DNA of 64,000 nucleotides from Yuukianura sp. NJ FZ-2021 (taxonomy: Eukaryota). The stretch's first letter is position 1, and every line of letters starts with the position of its first letter. The notes under the pieces were generated by a model that saw only the letters and a list, made by a program, of their open reading frames with translations, searched no databases and had not been told where the DNA came from. This document shows positions 51,201-64,000 of the stretch, one piece after another. The position numbers were made by a program, and so were the translations under genes. The stretch is from positions 992,001-1,056,000 of the forward strand of contig CM102288.1 in assembly GCA_046563655.1 (NCBI GenBank), given 5' to 3'.

Positions 51201-53481
51201 TATTCTTGGCTTAAACAATTCTTTTTTACTGTCAATTGTTTAGATAACCTTGAATGAGTAGACGGCAGAGTGAAAACAACATGATCTTAATGTGTTAGCC
51301 TCTCACAAAAAAAATCTTTGGGAATTGCATTTCATGTTTTTATCCACATATGCATACAAATTGATGTTTAGCTTACATTTACATCTATTCCATTTTGCCC
51401 AAAAATGTGCATAAAAATCCGATTTTATGGTCTACACCTTCCTACACTCACGTCAGAAGAGGTCAGCTAAACTTTAGTTGCATAACGCTTCTGCATTCTC
51501 TTCAAAATTTGTGTAAGCTTACGGAATTTTGTATGAAAAAGTTATAAAAATATTTTCCAAGAAGGATTCTTGATAAAATTCGTGTTGAATTGAGTTGGAA
51601 ATTTTGAAATTGAAAGTGAAAGTTAGTCTGGACATGAAACGCGCCAATTGGATTATCCACTTTGCTTTACACTTTTACTCTTGATTGAATTCGACATTCG
51701 CGTGGCCATTTTCACTTGAACTAGAGTTTCATAGAATACTGTTGAAAATCAAACAGGAAATATCAAATATTAAAATTTTTAATCATTCATTAAATCATTT
51801 ATTTCGCAATTCGTTGAAATAATAAAAGAAAATAGAGAATCTACTGATGTGTGCAACTGTAAGTGTAACTTGATACTGTTTTGCAAGAAAAACAAAGACG
51901 GAAGACGCATGAGGAAACACATGAACGCATCAAAATGTGTTATTTGCACATGAAATGTGTATTTGCACAAGAGATGCGGTTGGTTTGTATTTGATGTTGA
52001 TGGGAACGGAAGGACACAAGATCATCTTCCGTAGTATGAGATTTATTTCTGGGAAACCGGAAAATATGGATTCGGAGAGAAGGTGATTGGTTGCCAAGAT
52101 TCCAAATCCAGAGGAAATAATCTATACGGGAAGTTTACCTTCAAAAGCCGGAGATGAATAGAAAAAACTTTGAGCCCAATATCATAAAAATGAGCAATGC
52201 AAAATCTCCTCGTTATGATTTTCTAGAATTTTCAAAATTTTGTAAATCCGGAAACACATTGAAAGGGGGCTTCTGACTTTGTAAAATGAGAGATTAAGAT
52301 GAAGTTTAGAGCGGAAGCTTGAAAATTATACATGTTCTGACATGTGACAAAGTGTGATGTTTCTAGTAGAGTTACTCTGCTATGAACAAGTCCATTAGGA
52401 CTTCAAATTGCTTTTCCTATTAGCACCACCACACAATCAAAAATGTAATTCTTGGCATGACGCAAAACGACATGAGATGACTTTTCCTGCCAAACAACTT
52501 TTGGCAACATAATGACCCGACATATCATAAAGCCAACTTAGTATATGACGCTTTTCCTATTATTATTTGAAAACAAACCAAAATTACACTTTTCAAACAA
52601 ACAAAATCTGAAAATTTGAACAAGTTTGTGAGTGAGACCTATTAAGTTTTCTCTTCACTAAACCTTCACTAAAGGAATTTAGATTTAGATGTAAGATAAC
52701 TTTTGTAGCTTTATTATATTAAAACTTGTAATCAATTCAAAATTGATTGACGTAAAAGTAAGTCCAAAACAAACACAGATTTCAAATAAATCGTGCAAAC
52801 ATTTTTTCGAAACTTACCATTTGCAATAATTTCCAATTCCAACTTCGTACATCAATTTCACTTTTCAGCCCAATTCGCAGGTTTTTCTATTCGAAATTCG
52901 AATAAACACCTAATTTTGTGCTTTGAATATTCACTTAACAAAAAAATATCCCCAAAATTTGTGAGGCTTTGAAGCAATTGCGTTAGTGGCGTATTCACAA
53001 CAGAAGCAGTTTTTGGATTTTACTTTTAGTGGTTGACTTTAGCTGTGACTTTAACTTTAACTTGAGTTTGTTTGTTTTAAGTGTTTATAACAGTTCCAGT
53101 GGAAGATGGAGGGAAGCCACCAGTTGAATGAAGATCCAACTTCAAAGTGACTCCTGATTTCCCATTCCCCCGGATTCTGGCTCATTCTATCTTATCACAG
53201 CCTATTGTAAAACTTGGAAAGAGACTTTACCACTTACTCAACACGCATATACACTCACATCATCACAACAAAAATTCACACAAAAAAATGTGACTTTCAA
53301 TTTTTTGAAAAGCCAAATCCAGCCAGAAAGACAAGAGCATCAATTAAAATTTTAATTTTTGTCAATTGTGTCTTTATTGACAAAAATTGACCAAGCTTTG
53401 AAAAATGTCTACTCATTTGTGTTTTAAAAAAATATACAAAATATATATTTTGAACTTAACTTTGTTTAGTTTTAGTTTAAT

Positions 53482-56400
53482 TTAAAATGGACATGGAGTC
53501 TGTAGTCCAAAATCATTTGAATTATATGCTGCCCAGTTACACATGGCTCCGATGGGGTCAAAGGTCAATGACCTCGGACATTCATAAATCCAAGCTTTAA
53601 GTCCACTGCCGTCTTCATTCTCCACGCAACGAATGTAACTGCGTCCACAGGATTTGGGATGGGCATAAATTCCACTGTCTCGGCATGTCACCGATCCATC
53701 TTCCAAAATCCGGATTTTGTCCGATAGGGGAACAATCGTTTGAGGAAAAGCATCTTTGACCTCTGGAGTGACCTTGAATGAAATCTTGACCTCTGGAGTG
53801 ACCTTGAGTGAACTCTTGACCTCTGGAATGACCTTGACGTCTAAACTTCTTCTGGAGAATGTGGAAGATGCAGCAGACTGTGACTGAGATTTGTCTAGAA
53901 GATCATCTTCATCTTCGTATACATAGTAGTAGTAGTCTGACGAATCAGGAATTGGCACAATATGGCTGACCTTGGGGTCAGTTGATTTGGAGACAGTAGT
54001 TGTAGTGGGTGGGGTTGTTGACGTTGTTGTTGTTGACGTTGTTGACGTCGACGTTGTTGACGTTGAAGGAGTGGCCATGGTCAGGGGTTTACGCGTTCTG
54101 CGCCGAATCACTGCAGACTGAAAAGCACTCGGTAGTGGACCGAGTGTGGAAGAAGCTGACGCAGATTTGTCGCGCAGGAAATTGTCGTAAGTGTCGCTGA
54201 CGTCTGCGTTTGTGCTGGCAGTTGTAACTGATGCTGGACGGAATCTCGAGCGATACCGAGTTTGTGTCTCGGGAGTTGTCGAAGTTGGTCTGGTGCGACG
54301 TCCGGAGTTTCTAAACCGATTTGTATCAGTTACTGCAACTCCGGAAGATCCAGAAGGACTGAGATTTTGAAAAAGTTTTAGAAAGTTTAGAAATTTGTGA
54401 ATCAAAATCAATTTTTGGCAAAGGTTAGTAAGGAGCAGTTAAGCGTGAATTTTTTATTCAGGTTGTTAACTGTGATTAGTCAAGTGGTTAGCACTTTCTA
54501 ATTAGAAAAATTAGCTTTTTAGCTTTCCTTGTTCAAATTCACCTCTCTTTTTCTTCAACCTCGGAAACTTCTGGAGCTATCGTCGAAGTTGAGCTGGAAG
54601 CGACACGTCGACGGTCTAAAAATGTGTTTCGCCGGTTCGACGGACTGAAATTATTGACTGGTCTGTATGTAACTTTGAATGTCGTCGGAGGAGGTTCGGA
54701 TGTCGTAGATGTCGTAATAGGTCTCAGCGATGGTCGCTTTCTGTTTGGTAAGCGAAGTCTTTGCGCTTGCGTTGGTTTGACCGTCGTAGCGACAGTTGTT
54801 GTAGTCGTAGAAGTCGAAGAAGTTGACGAAACAATGGCGGGTTCATCTGCAGCGTAGTCATCTTCAGCAGTGCTTTCGTATTCTTCGTCCTGAAATATTT
54901 AGAAACCCAAAAATTGTTTGAAAAAAAATAAATCGGATTTTTTGAAAAAACTTTTGAAGTTTTTGCCTTGACCTGTTCAGCCACTGGTGCGTCACTCTGT
55001 TCCTCAATAGTGGAGCTTGGCGGAACTGTTGTGGATGTCGTACTAAAACTGAATTTTGGTCTAGAGAAAGTTGCGTATCTAAAATAAAAATAATTTTTCA
55101 AATTTTTTGAAACTCTTGTATTTTGACTATGTAAAACTCAGGTAAAGTTGAGGAGAGGACTTAGCAAGATTTCATCAAGTAAAAATTTTTAGATATTGGT
55201 GGGACTTAGCAAGATTTTCAAGACAATTTTCTTACTTTGGTTTCGGCTTCTCTTCAGATGCTGCTGTTTCTTCATCGGCTGACCCTGTCGTGACCTTGGA
55301 ATACGGTACACTTGTAACGTAGGTCAAAGGTTTGGGAGTAGCCGTTGTACTTTCATCGAGCAATTTCTCTTCATCACTAAATCGAACCACGATTGATGTC
55401 TGTGTGCTGGAACTGGGCTTGTCACTTTTTGTCGTTCCAGAAGTAGTGCCCTTGTCACGACTCAGAGTGACATACTTCGGGCGACCAGTCGCTTTGAAGT
55501 TACTACTTGTCGTTATCGGTGCCACTGAACTTTGATCTGTTTTAGTGACACGGTCACGCTGAATACTTGTGTAAGGTCGAGGACTTCCTGGACTAAATTT
55601 CTTCGAAGCTTGAAGCGAACTGAATCGGTTTTTATTTGAATTCGGAACAGCTTTAGGTTTTTCTGTTGTAGTTGAAGGCTTGGCTTCTTCCTAAAACATC
55701 CAAAAATTTAAAATTCAAAACAATTTTTCAAAATTCAAACTAATTTTTCAAAATGTAAAACTGATTTTGGAAAAATCTACCTCAACGTCTTCGTCTTGAT
55801 ACTCTTCAACTTGATCAGCAACATCCGGATTGTCCTCCAAATATTTTTCCAACTCCTCAACTCCTCCCAACTTCCGAATTATTTTCAGCAAATTTCGGAT
55901 ATCTTGAATTTCTTGTGCTGATTTTGTGGAAGACGAAGATTGACCTTTGACCTTCGATTGACCTTTGACCTTGACCTGAACTTTTCTTGGTTCTTCTTCT
56001 TCCTCTTCCTCATCTTCATCATTTACTTCTGGTTCTTCTTCTTCTTCATCATAATATTCGTCCTGCTCTTCAGGAGCCGGTGTCGTAGTAGTTGTCGTAG
56101 TGGCGACAGTTGTCGTAGTTGTTGTCGTACCACCGGGTTTGCAAGGAACGTTTCTTGAATAGTCGCATGAATCAGTGTTTTTGTTAAAGAAAAGTCCTGC
56201 TGGACATGTAAAATGATGAGCAACAATTCCTAGTCCAGGAGCATCCAGACACCAGAAATACTTTTTGCAATCTTTGGGATGAGGAAAGAATCCATCATCT
56301 TTGCACTCAAAATCAACGCTAGTTTCGGGAGTAGTCGGAGGAGGCGGAGTTCTTAACGGATCGTGTGTGACTGGCGGCGGTGTCGTCGTTGTCGTAGTGC

Positions 56401-58865
56401 GAGCAGTGGTGGTCGTCTTGGGTTTTGCCTTCTTGCGCCTTGGGCGCGGAGTTTTTGGTTTTTTGCGACTACTAGATTTTGTCGCAACGGTTGTCGTAGA
56501 AGGTGGTTTAGGCGTTGTTGTTGTCGTAGGTCGTTTTGAACCAATAGCAAATCTTGAATTTCCTGGTCTTGAACTTTTTTTAGTTTCTGGACTTTCACCA
56601 GTGTAGTAAGCAACTTTGGCAGCTTCGATCAACGGGAAAGCTTTTCCGTCACAAAATCCACGAAAGTCGTCGTTGTCAATTGACCAAAACATGATTCCAC
56701 CTAGTTTCTGTTCACGTACCCACTTGGCCTAAAAATAAAGGTCAAAGGTCAGATTTCTTGATAAAAAGTATAATGTAATAAGTTATGTAATTAGTTTAAT
56801 TTGTGTTAAATAGAGTTAAATGGGGCTACAATTACCTTGATAGCCATAATTCGAGTGTCGTCATATCCCACCCACTGGTCATCCTTCACAGCATGTGGAC
56901 CTTGAGTTTCACTCAAGTCATTCTCTACTCGCCATTCACCAGCCTTTATGCCTTCGCAAATCTGTACAAAAAATTATCAATTACTAATTAACAAAGAAAG
57001 TTAATGAATTTTTTAATTTTTTGTCACATTTTTTGAAATCAGTTCGTGACATGTTTGTGGCTAGCCTTCAACGCCGTATAAAAAAACATATAACTTTTTT
57101 TGTTACTTTACTTCTGCTTTTGCATAAAAGGTAAGGTGTCGTAATCTCAATACTAAAACTTGTAAGGAAAACTTTTTCTACAATAATTATATTTTTTTCC
57201 CTGTTTTTTTTTTCAAAATTTCATTTTGCTTTTTAAGCTTTCATTTTTGGCGAAAGAAGAGAAATTTACTTACTTCGTAGTAGGCCAAATACCCGGGTTC
57301 TTTTGTGTACTTGCCCTTCGTGCCTGGACCGGAAGCTGAAGCTCCAACATCATAACTGTCCGGATTGAACAAAGTGTATGACCTGTGAAAATTTAAATGT
57401 CAAGGTCATTGACCTTAAAATTTCAAAAACTGAAAAATGAAATTTTGAAGTTTTTTACCTTCCGTAAGTAGGAAGTCCAACGACAAGCTTGTGAGCATCA
57501 GCCCCCTCATCCAAGTAGTAGTTGATTGCATACTCCTAAAAAGTAAAAGTAGAGTTCCTTTAATTAAAATCAGTGATTAATTGTAGTGTAGGTGTAAGTT
57601 AATTAGGAAATGAATAGCTTCACTCACGATATTCAGTTGGCTCTTGTAGTCATAATCTGAGAAACCATCTTTGGGTTTGAGTGGAGCGTGATGATTGGCT
57701 GCTGGCTCAGTGGAAGCGTGGAAATCGTACGTCAATAGATTGAAAAAATCAACATTTCTATAAAATGAAATCAAAATAGATTAAATTATAATAAATAATA
57801 AAATAAGTAAATAAAAATTAAAAAATTTACACCGCAGGTCCAACTCATTTATGTATAACGATTCATATGGCGAACTTTGGCAAAGTTTCTAAAATTTAAA
57901 ATTTATAATGGAGAAAATAGAGCGGAATTTAAACGTTGCGGCATACTTTTTGATAATTTTTTCTATACTAATTATATGTATTGTAAATAATATAAATAAT
58001 TATTATTTATTATATTTTAGCAACGTACCTGTTTATACTTGGAATGTCAAAGCCTTTCTGGATCCATTCAATTCCTGCTGGTACTGCAATTGTAAGTAGA
58101 AGTCTCGTCCGTCCCGTTCCTTTACTTTCTTCATCAAAAGCTTCACGCAGTTCCTAATTATATTTTATATAAATTAAAATTAATTTAATTATATCTTTAT
58201 TACTTAATTATATTTCTACCTTGATGAAAAGTGCATAGTTCTTTTTGTCCGCCGGTTGTCCACCTTCCCGTGAAGCAGGATACTCCCAATCCAAATCCAG
58301 TCCATCAAAGTTATGTTGACGCAGAAATCGCACGCTATTTTTGACGAACGTTTTGCGACTTTCTGCGTCCGCGACAAGACGTGAAAATCGTCCTGATCCT
58401 TCGTTCCATCCGCCAATTGCAATCAGCGTCTTGAGCCCTTTATTGTACGTTTTGAGTCCATTGAACTTTGTATACCCTCCTAAAAATCAAAAATTCCAAA
58501 TTCTTCAATTTTTTCCAGTTTCCTGGAGAAAGTTCAAAAAGTGTTTTCATTTGTGCTAGTTTAAAACAGTGACCTTTGTCAATGTCTTGGTACTTGTCGA
58601 ATGGTTTGAGTCCAGCATCAGACGTGAGTCCTCCGAAGGCGTAGATGAGATGTGTACAGAGGTAGGGGTTGATGTTGTCTGGCAGAAATTTGGCAGGACC
58701 TTGACGATACGCTGACCAATTCGTGTAGTAACAGACGACACGTGACTCTGATTTTGTAACTGCAGACGTAGGAAATTGGAACAACAGAGCACTCAACAGT
58801 GACTGCAAGACTAGAAATTTCGAATGACCAACAACGGATGAACCAAATTTTGAAAACTGCATCAT
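53482..58865 (-). CDS. Cht6: Group VI (Cht6-like) GH18 chitinase with two CBM14 chitin-binding domains and mucin-like S/T-rich linkers
   Basis: VVCYYTNWSAYR..NINPYLCTHLIYAFGG..PFDKYQDI; FDGLDLDWEYP intact; MFWSIDNDDF; CKDDGFFPHPKDCKKYFWC; C-terminal CRDSGIYAHPKSC..C. Confidence 0.9.
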
Positions 58866-61722
58866 TTCTGATATAAAAAGTAAAAATCCATTTCATTTTA
58901 TTAACAAAAATTGTTCAAAGTTTGCATTAAACTCTAAAAAGTTTGCTGGAAAATTGAGATGCACAATGTGGACTGTGTCTTGAGTCGACCTTTACACACG
59001 TTAGAATTTCAATTTTAGTTTACTACAAAGAGAAAGTTTTCAAAACAAAACTCAGGAAATGAAATGACCTTGTTTTGAACAAACATATTTTTAGAAAAGT
59101 TGTTTTTGTTTACTTTTATTTTGTTCAAAAGATGAACAATCATTTTCGACCTTGAAAATTCGGAAATTCTCACCAACAAAATAATGCCTACGTGAGCAGA
59201 GCATGTCGGTGAAAGTTGCTTAATTTCAAAAATGGTTATTATAGGTTTTCCAAATAAAATTTTGAAAAACTTCTTTGAAAATGTCATTTGGTTCATTTTG
59301 GCATTATCAGAGGGTCATAGAAAGTTGAAACTTTTGATTAGTTCATAATCGTAATAATTTGATATCTTTGATGATGAATTGATGAATGATCTCTCTCCCA
59401 TTTCTATTGTTATTTCGATACTAATTGAGAAGCCTCCCTTTTGATCTTTGTTCTATCTCTAGTAATAGTCTCATTCTCTATTTATAGTCTTTTAGTCTTT
59501 AGTCTTCCAAATAATACACAATAACAATTGATTGATCATTAACCTATGCCATAACTTAAACTAAATAATTGACATTTTGACTGGTACTAATAGGATATGT
59601 GGTGAAATGGACAGAAAAGCAATCGAATTCATGAATTAGCATAACAGGTTGTGTACTAAATGTTGCATGTTAAGCTTTATAGTCTCCCAGTTCCCTATTG
59701 TGTAACAAACAATAAAGTTTGTCTTTGTTACACATTTTTTCAAATAACAAGAGCATGACATTCTTCATTAGGGCGTGGTTACGTACTTTTTAAACAACGA
59801 TTTTACAAAATTAATAAGTTGAGTTACATAATTTTTAGGATTTCCTAAACCTCCTTCTGCATACATTTCCGGAGCCCAATTTTTTAGTGTAAGAAATTGA
59901 AAATTAGATGAAGCAACACTGGGCCTTTTGTACTACAAAATGTGTATCTTGGGGCATGAAATTTAATAACTCATTGGATTTAATTACTTTCATTCATTTG
60001 CACAATACAAAAGTATTAGGTAGGCGGTTCCTTTTGTTGTGAGAGTGAATTTTCATAATAAATTAGACTAATACTGCAATAAAAGCAATCGAGACCGAGA
60101 TTAAAAATTAACCCAATAACTACTAAATAAACGTAAATTCAATGCCAAAATTCGAAAAAATTAAATGAAAATTCAAAATTGAAAAAAAAAACTCAGAATT
60201 TGAAAGACTAAAAACTCGAAGTCGAGAACTTTAGCCAACTTTTTTTTTTCGAAAACTTATGGAAAATACGATTCGATGATACCTTTACTTCAACTTTATA
60301 ATTTTCTTGAATTTGAAAGCAAATGTACATGGCGTTTAACTTACTTTTTTTGAAAAACAGAAAAATTGGCGGAAGTTTTTCGAAAATTAATTGTGCGTGA
60401 TGATGATGAAGCTTTTTTTTTGAAAATGACACTTCCTCAATAAACTTTTAAACTTTTCAGTCACTGCTCCACTGAAATTGGTTCTTTAAAATTTGCGTTT
60501 TTACAATTCCTCCTTGCAGTGATAGTAGTGGGCCAACCATTTTCCTTTTTTGCACACACCAAACGTTAATTTTTGCGAATCTGTAAATTACAATTCACAA
60601 AAAGACCGTCACAAATTGAAATTAGCAGCAGAAAGCACTTCTCTAACTCTCACTTTTCACCACTCACACACGCACTTCCAAACGAAACTGAAGAAGTCCT
60701 TCCTCTTTGTAGTTCCTCAAAACTTTGACGGACGCCGTCATTTTTACTTTACTTAAAAAAAACACAAATTGCAATTTGTAAACTTCCTCCTCAGGCTTAA
60801 CCTGGCAGCCCTTTCCAAATTTTTGTAAGATTAGTAAGTTTCACAAATTTGTACACTTTTACATCCAAAAACTGTGTGAAAAACTAAATTCTGAAGTTAC
60901 TTGGAAGTTCTTTGAGTCGTGAAACGCAACTGAATGGTTCGTTTCGTTGCAAATCTCCTTTTTGACCGAGTTTTTCACTCTCTTCTGACGTTATTGTTCA
61001 AAATGCTTCCACTCAACCCTCAAAAACTAAAAGAATTGTATTGTTGTGCATAGTGAGCTGCTCTTAAGGCGATTGTTGATCTCCCCAACAATTTAGCAGG
61101 GGGATGATATTGGAGGGGGTGAATTTGGGGGTGGTTTGTGTAGTATCTAATAAGTACCTCTGTTGTAGGGTGCCAGTGATACACCCTAGAAATTGGTAAT
61201 CATCGCTAAAAATCAAGCCCTCAATGCATCATCACTTTTGATCTCTGTTTTCTTGTGCGCATGAGCGTCTCTCTACTTTTCCTTTCGTGTGTCCCTGTTT
61301 GTTAACACTTTTTAGTAATTAATATTCTGTAAACTCCTTTGTTTGTAGTAGACTTGTCCACCACGTCCTTACTGTCAACATGTCAAGGTTGATCCCACAT
61401 TGTGTCAAATCACAAACAATTAAGCACTTTTTCTCATGCTCAGAGACTCAAGTGCGTAGCTCATGAGAAATGTTAGGGTTGAACATTAGTCTAACCTATG
61501 AATTAGCAAGAAACAATAGCAAAAGTTAAACTTAAAAGTAAGAGTTAGTAATGCTAAGAAACAGGAAGGCAGAGGGCAAAGGTCACTGACCTCAGAAAAA
61601 CTTGAAGCGAAAGGAATTCTTTTTAGTACTTTGAGTAGCAAGTTTAGTAAAGCGTTTATAACATTGAATTTAGTGGAAGCGTGATAAATTAAGTAATTTT
61701 TGGAATGTTGTAAGTGTATTGC

Positions 61723-62246
61723 TCAAGGGAAGGAACAGCAGCCATCGTTGTCAACGTATTCGTATGGAGTGAAGGTGCAGAGACGTCGCTTGGCGAACGT
61801 GGTGGTCGTCGGGAGGTTTCGGCCGTGGATGAACTGCTCTCCAGGAATGTGTCCAGCGTAGGAAATGCAAAGATGTTCACCGTTTCGGTAAATCCGAGTG
61901 TCGATGCAGGGTTTCAAAAAGTTACACTGTGGCCAACGTTTCTCACGGTACGCCTTGCGACTGGAAATCAAAATTTTGAAATTGAAAAAAAAAGATTTTC
62001 AGAATTTTCTAAAAAGTGAAAGTGTTGTTACCCCTTCCAGCACGCCGAGTTGGACACCGGACAGCACCCACAGTTACCAAATCCCATTGGAGGGCAACAT
62101 CCTGCAAAAACAAACAAAAGTTCAATGACCTTGGGTTACTTTTTTAGAAAAAGTGACAAAAACTTTCAGAAAAAGTGTAATTTTTGGACAAAAACTGTAC
62201 CTGGAGGTGGGACGATGGGACAACAGCAAGCATCCTTGTCACACAT
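61723..62246 (-). CDS. Small Cys-rich protein with FAM166/CIMIP2-like YAGHIPG motif; exons 62246-62201, 62101-62032, 61960-61723 (117 aa)
   Basis: Three exons join in phase: MCDKDACCCPIVPPP|GCCPPMGFGNCGCCPVSNSACWK|GRKAYREK..SYAGHIPGEQFIHGRNLPTTT..GCCSFP*. Confidence 0.7.
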
Positions 62247-62606
62247 GATGGAAACTGTCTTTGGTTAAGTTCTGGAGGAACAAGAAATTTTAGATTTTGA
62301 AAAACTGAAAATTTTGAAGTCGCAGCTCCGACACAAGCGACCGTTCTCGACGAGAGCTGAAACAAGACTGAGCAAATCGCTGCTGCTGTCCTTGGCTGCT
62401 CAATTTTTGGAATTGTTTGGGAAAAGTAAACAACCGAAAGAATTTGGTGCCAAGGCAACTGAAAACGACAAATGAAAAGTTAAGGTCAATCACCTTGTGC
62501 AAAAGAAAAGTCAATAGTGATTTTCTTTTAATTATTTTTAAATCTTTGGTTTCGTTTCAATATTGCTACATAAAATCATTCGACACTTGGAATTGTTTTC
62601 TGCTGT

Positions 62607-64000
62607 TCAGTTATCGAAGATAGTTGCCAAATCTTCCATGTTCTTTGCTTGTGTTTCCGTTTTGCCTCTGTGCACAAAAACAACAACTTCATCCTGTCTG
62701 GCATTCTTGATCTTGTCGGATACTGCAGGAATCAGTCGCTGGATTTCGGTCAAGTCTTTCTCCAAATCCAGCGACAAAATGATTGTTCCGAGAGGGAAAA
62801 ATTTCGTTTTCAAAAATTTCAGCTGAGGACTCTGCTCAAGCTTTTTTCCCAAAAGCAGAATTGATCCATAACCTTCTTGATGTGACGCAAACGAGGCTGT
62901 CATGAGTGGAAGACTGATCGGCACTTTTGTCATGCGATCTTCAAACTAAAATTCAAAAAAATACAGTGCACATTTCTAAAAATTTTCGAAGTTTTTATGT
63001 GAACTAATACTTACTTGGTGGAAGATTTTTTCAACTTTTGCTTCATAATCTCCGTGAAACAGTGAATTGAGACGCATGAGGTTTATGAGGCTGGTAGAAT
63101 TTGAAGAAGGTTCGGCCCCATCATCATCTGAGAAGTTTAATTTAAAAAACAAGTTTTTTTTTTAAAAAAAGAGTGATTTTTTCAACAAACAAAAATTTTT
63201 TTTTCTACAAAACTTACCATCTTTGAGTCGTAAAATGGCTGACTTGTCATTGGCTCGACTTACAAAGTATCCTCCGCCATTCTCGTCCCAAAACAATTCA
63301 TCTTGTTTGTGCTGGAGCTGAAATTGAAGAAAAATCATCAATTTTAGAATGTAGAAGAAGAATTAGAATTTTCAGAAAATCAAAAATGCCAACCTGCAAC
63401 GCTAGTTCCAGATACTTTCCTTTTCCAGTCGCTTGAAAAACGTCTAGTAATGCACCAATAACATTTGCAAAGTCATCGACACAACCAGGTATTGGTTTGG
63501 CCAAATTCACAATTTGTCCATCCTTGTTAGAGTAACAAGTTCGCAGCAAATCTCCATCCACCATAAAATTCTGTTCCATAAAGCCAATTGATTTCTCCGC
63601 AATTTCTATGTAACGTTCATTGGAAAACAGAAATCCCGCTTGGGCAAAACCGGACGTCATGAGTCCTAAAATGGTAAAAAGTTCCAAAAGTGGTAAAATG
63701 TATAAAATCTGACATTTTTTGCACTGAGATGAATGTAGATCGTACCGTTCCAAGATGCGATGAATTTGTTGTCAAGATGTGGTCTTGGGCGATTTGCATT
63801 TCTCCAGTTAAAGAGTTTACCTCGAATGTTTTCCAGTTCCGTTACAACTTCGTCGTTTGAAATTTCAAAGTCGGTTGCCAGTTGTGATACTTCCTTGTCC
63901 ACAAATAATACATTTTGATTCTTCAATTCATCATGTGGATCCTGGTAAGGATCCACGTTTCCATTCGGCTTGATTCCGAATCTGGCACAGGCAAGGTCAC
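62607..64000 (-). CDS. SPATA20: Spermatogenesis-associated protein 20 (YyaL-like), 3' part; 5' exons off window
   Basis: GNVDPYQDPHDELKNQNVL, RPRPHLDNKFIASWN|GLMTSGFA, DDFANVIGALLD, DELFWDENGGGYF, RLKD|DDDGAEPSSNS. Confidence 0.92.

Noticed and set aside
48400..53400. Short ORFs upstream of swi2
   Set aside because: Low-complexity AT-rich sequence; likely 5'UTR introns and regulatory DNA.

Overview
AT-rich, intron-containing eukaryotic DNA from an arthropod. The TkR99D-type receptor, group VI chitinase and swi2-like LRR gene point to this. The short (~55-90 nt) introns, a selenoprotein and microbial-type genes suggest a non-insect hexapod such as a springtail, which is inference only. The first 20 kb is gene-dense: SNX29 (partial), RpL10, DCXR, C16orf89-like, MRM2, ARL6IP1, an intronless berberine-bridge-enzyme-like FAD oxidase, GILT, an intron-rich D-Ala-D-Ala-ligase-like ATP-grasp/SET fusion and three orphan genes. 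The rest holds a large tachykinin receptor locus, a PRXL2B/SelenoU-family gene, a trypsin with its catalytically dead tandem paralog, swi2-like LRR, Cht6-like chitinase, a small Cys-rich FAM166-like gene and SPATA20 (partial). Best finding: the PRXL2B gene (41125-41870) has an in-frame TGA at the first redox Cys position (U-M-Y-C) and a well-formed type II SECIS in its 3'UTR. It is very likely a selenoprotein that the ORF track truncates. Also notable are two horizontal-transfer candidates, strong enrichment of perfect AGGTCA IR1/DR1 motifs (three of four IR1 sites are in or near the chitinase gene) and several small non-autonomous transposons. All family assignments are from motif recognition; no database search was run.
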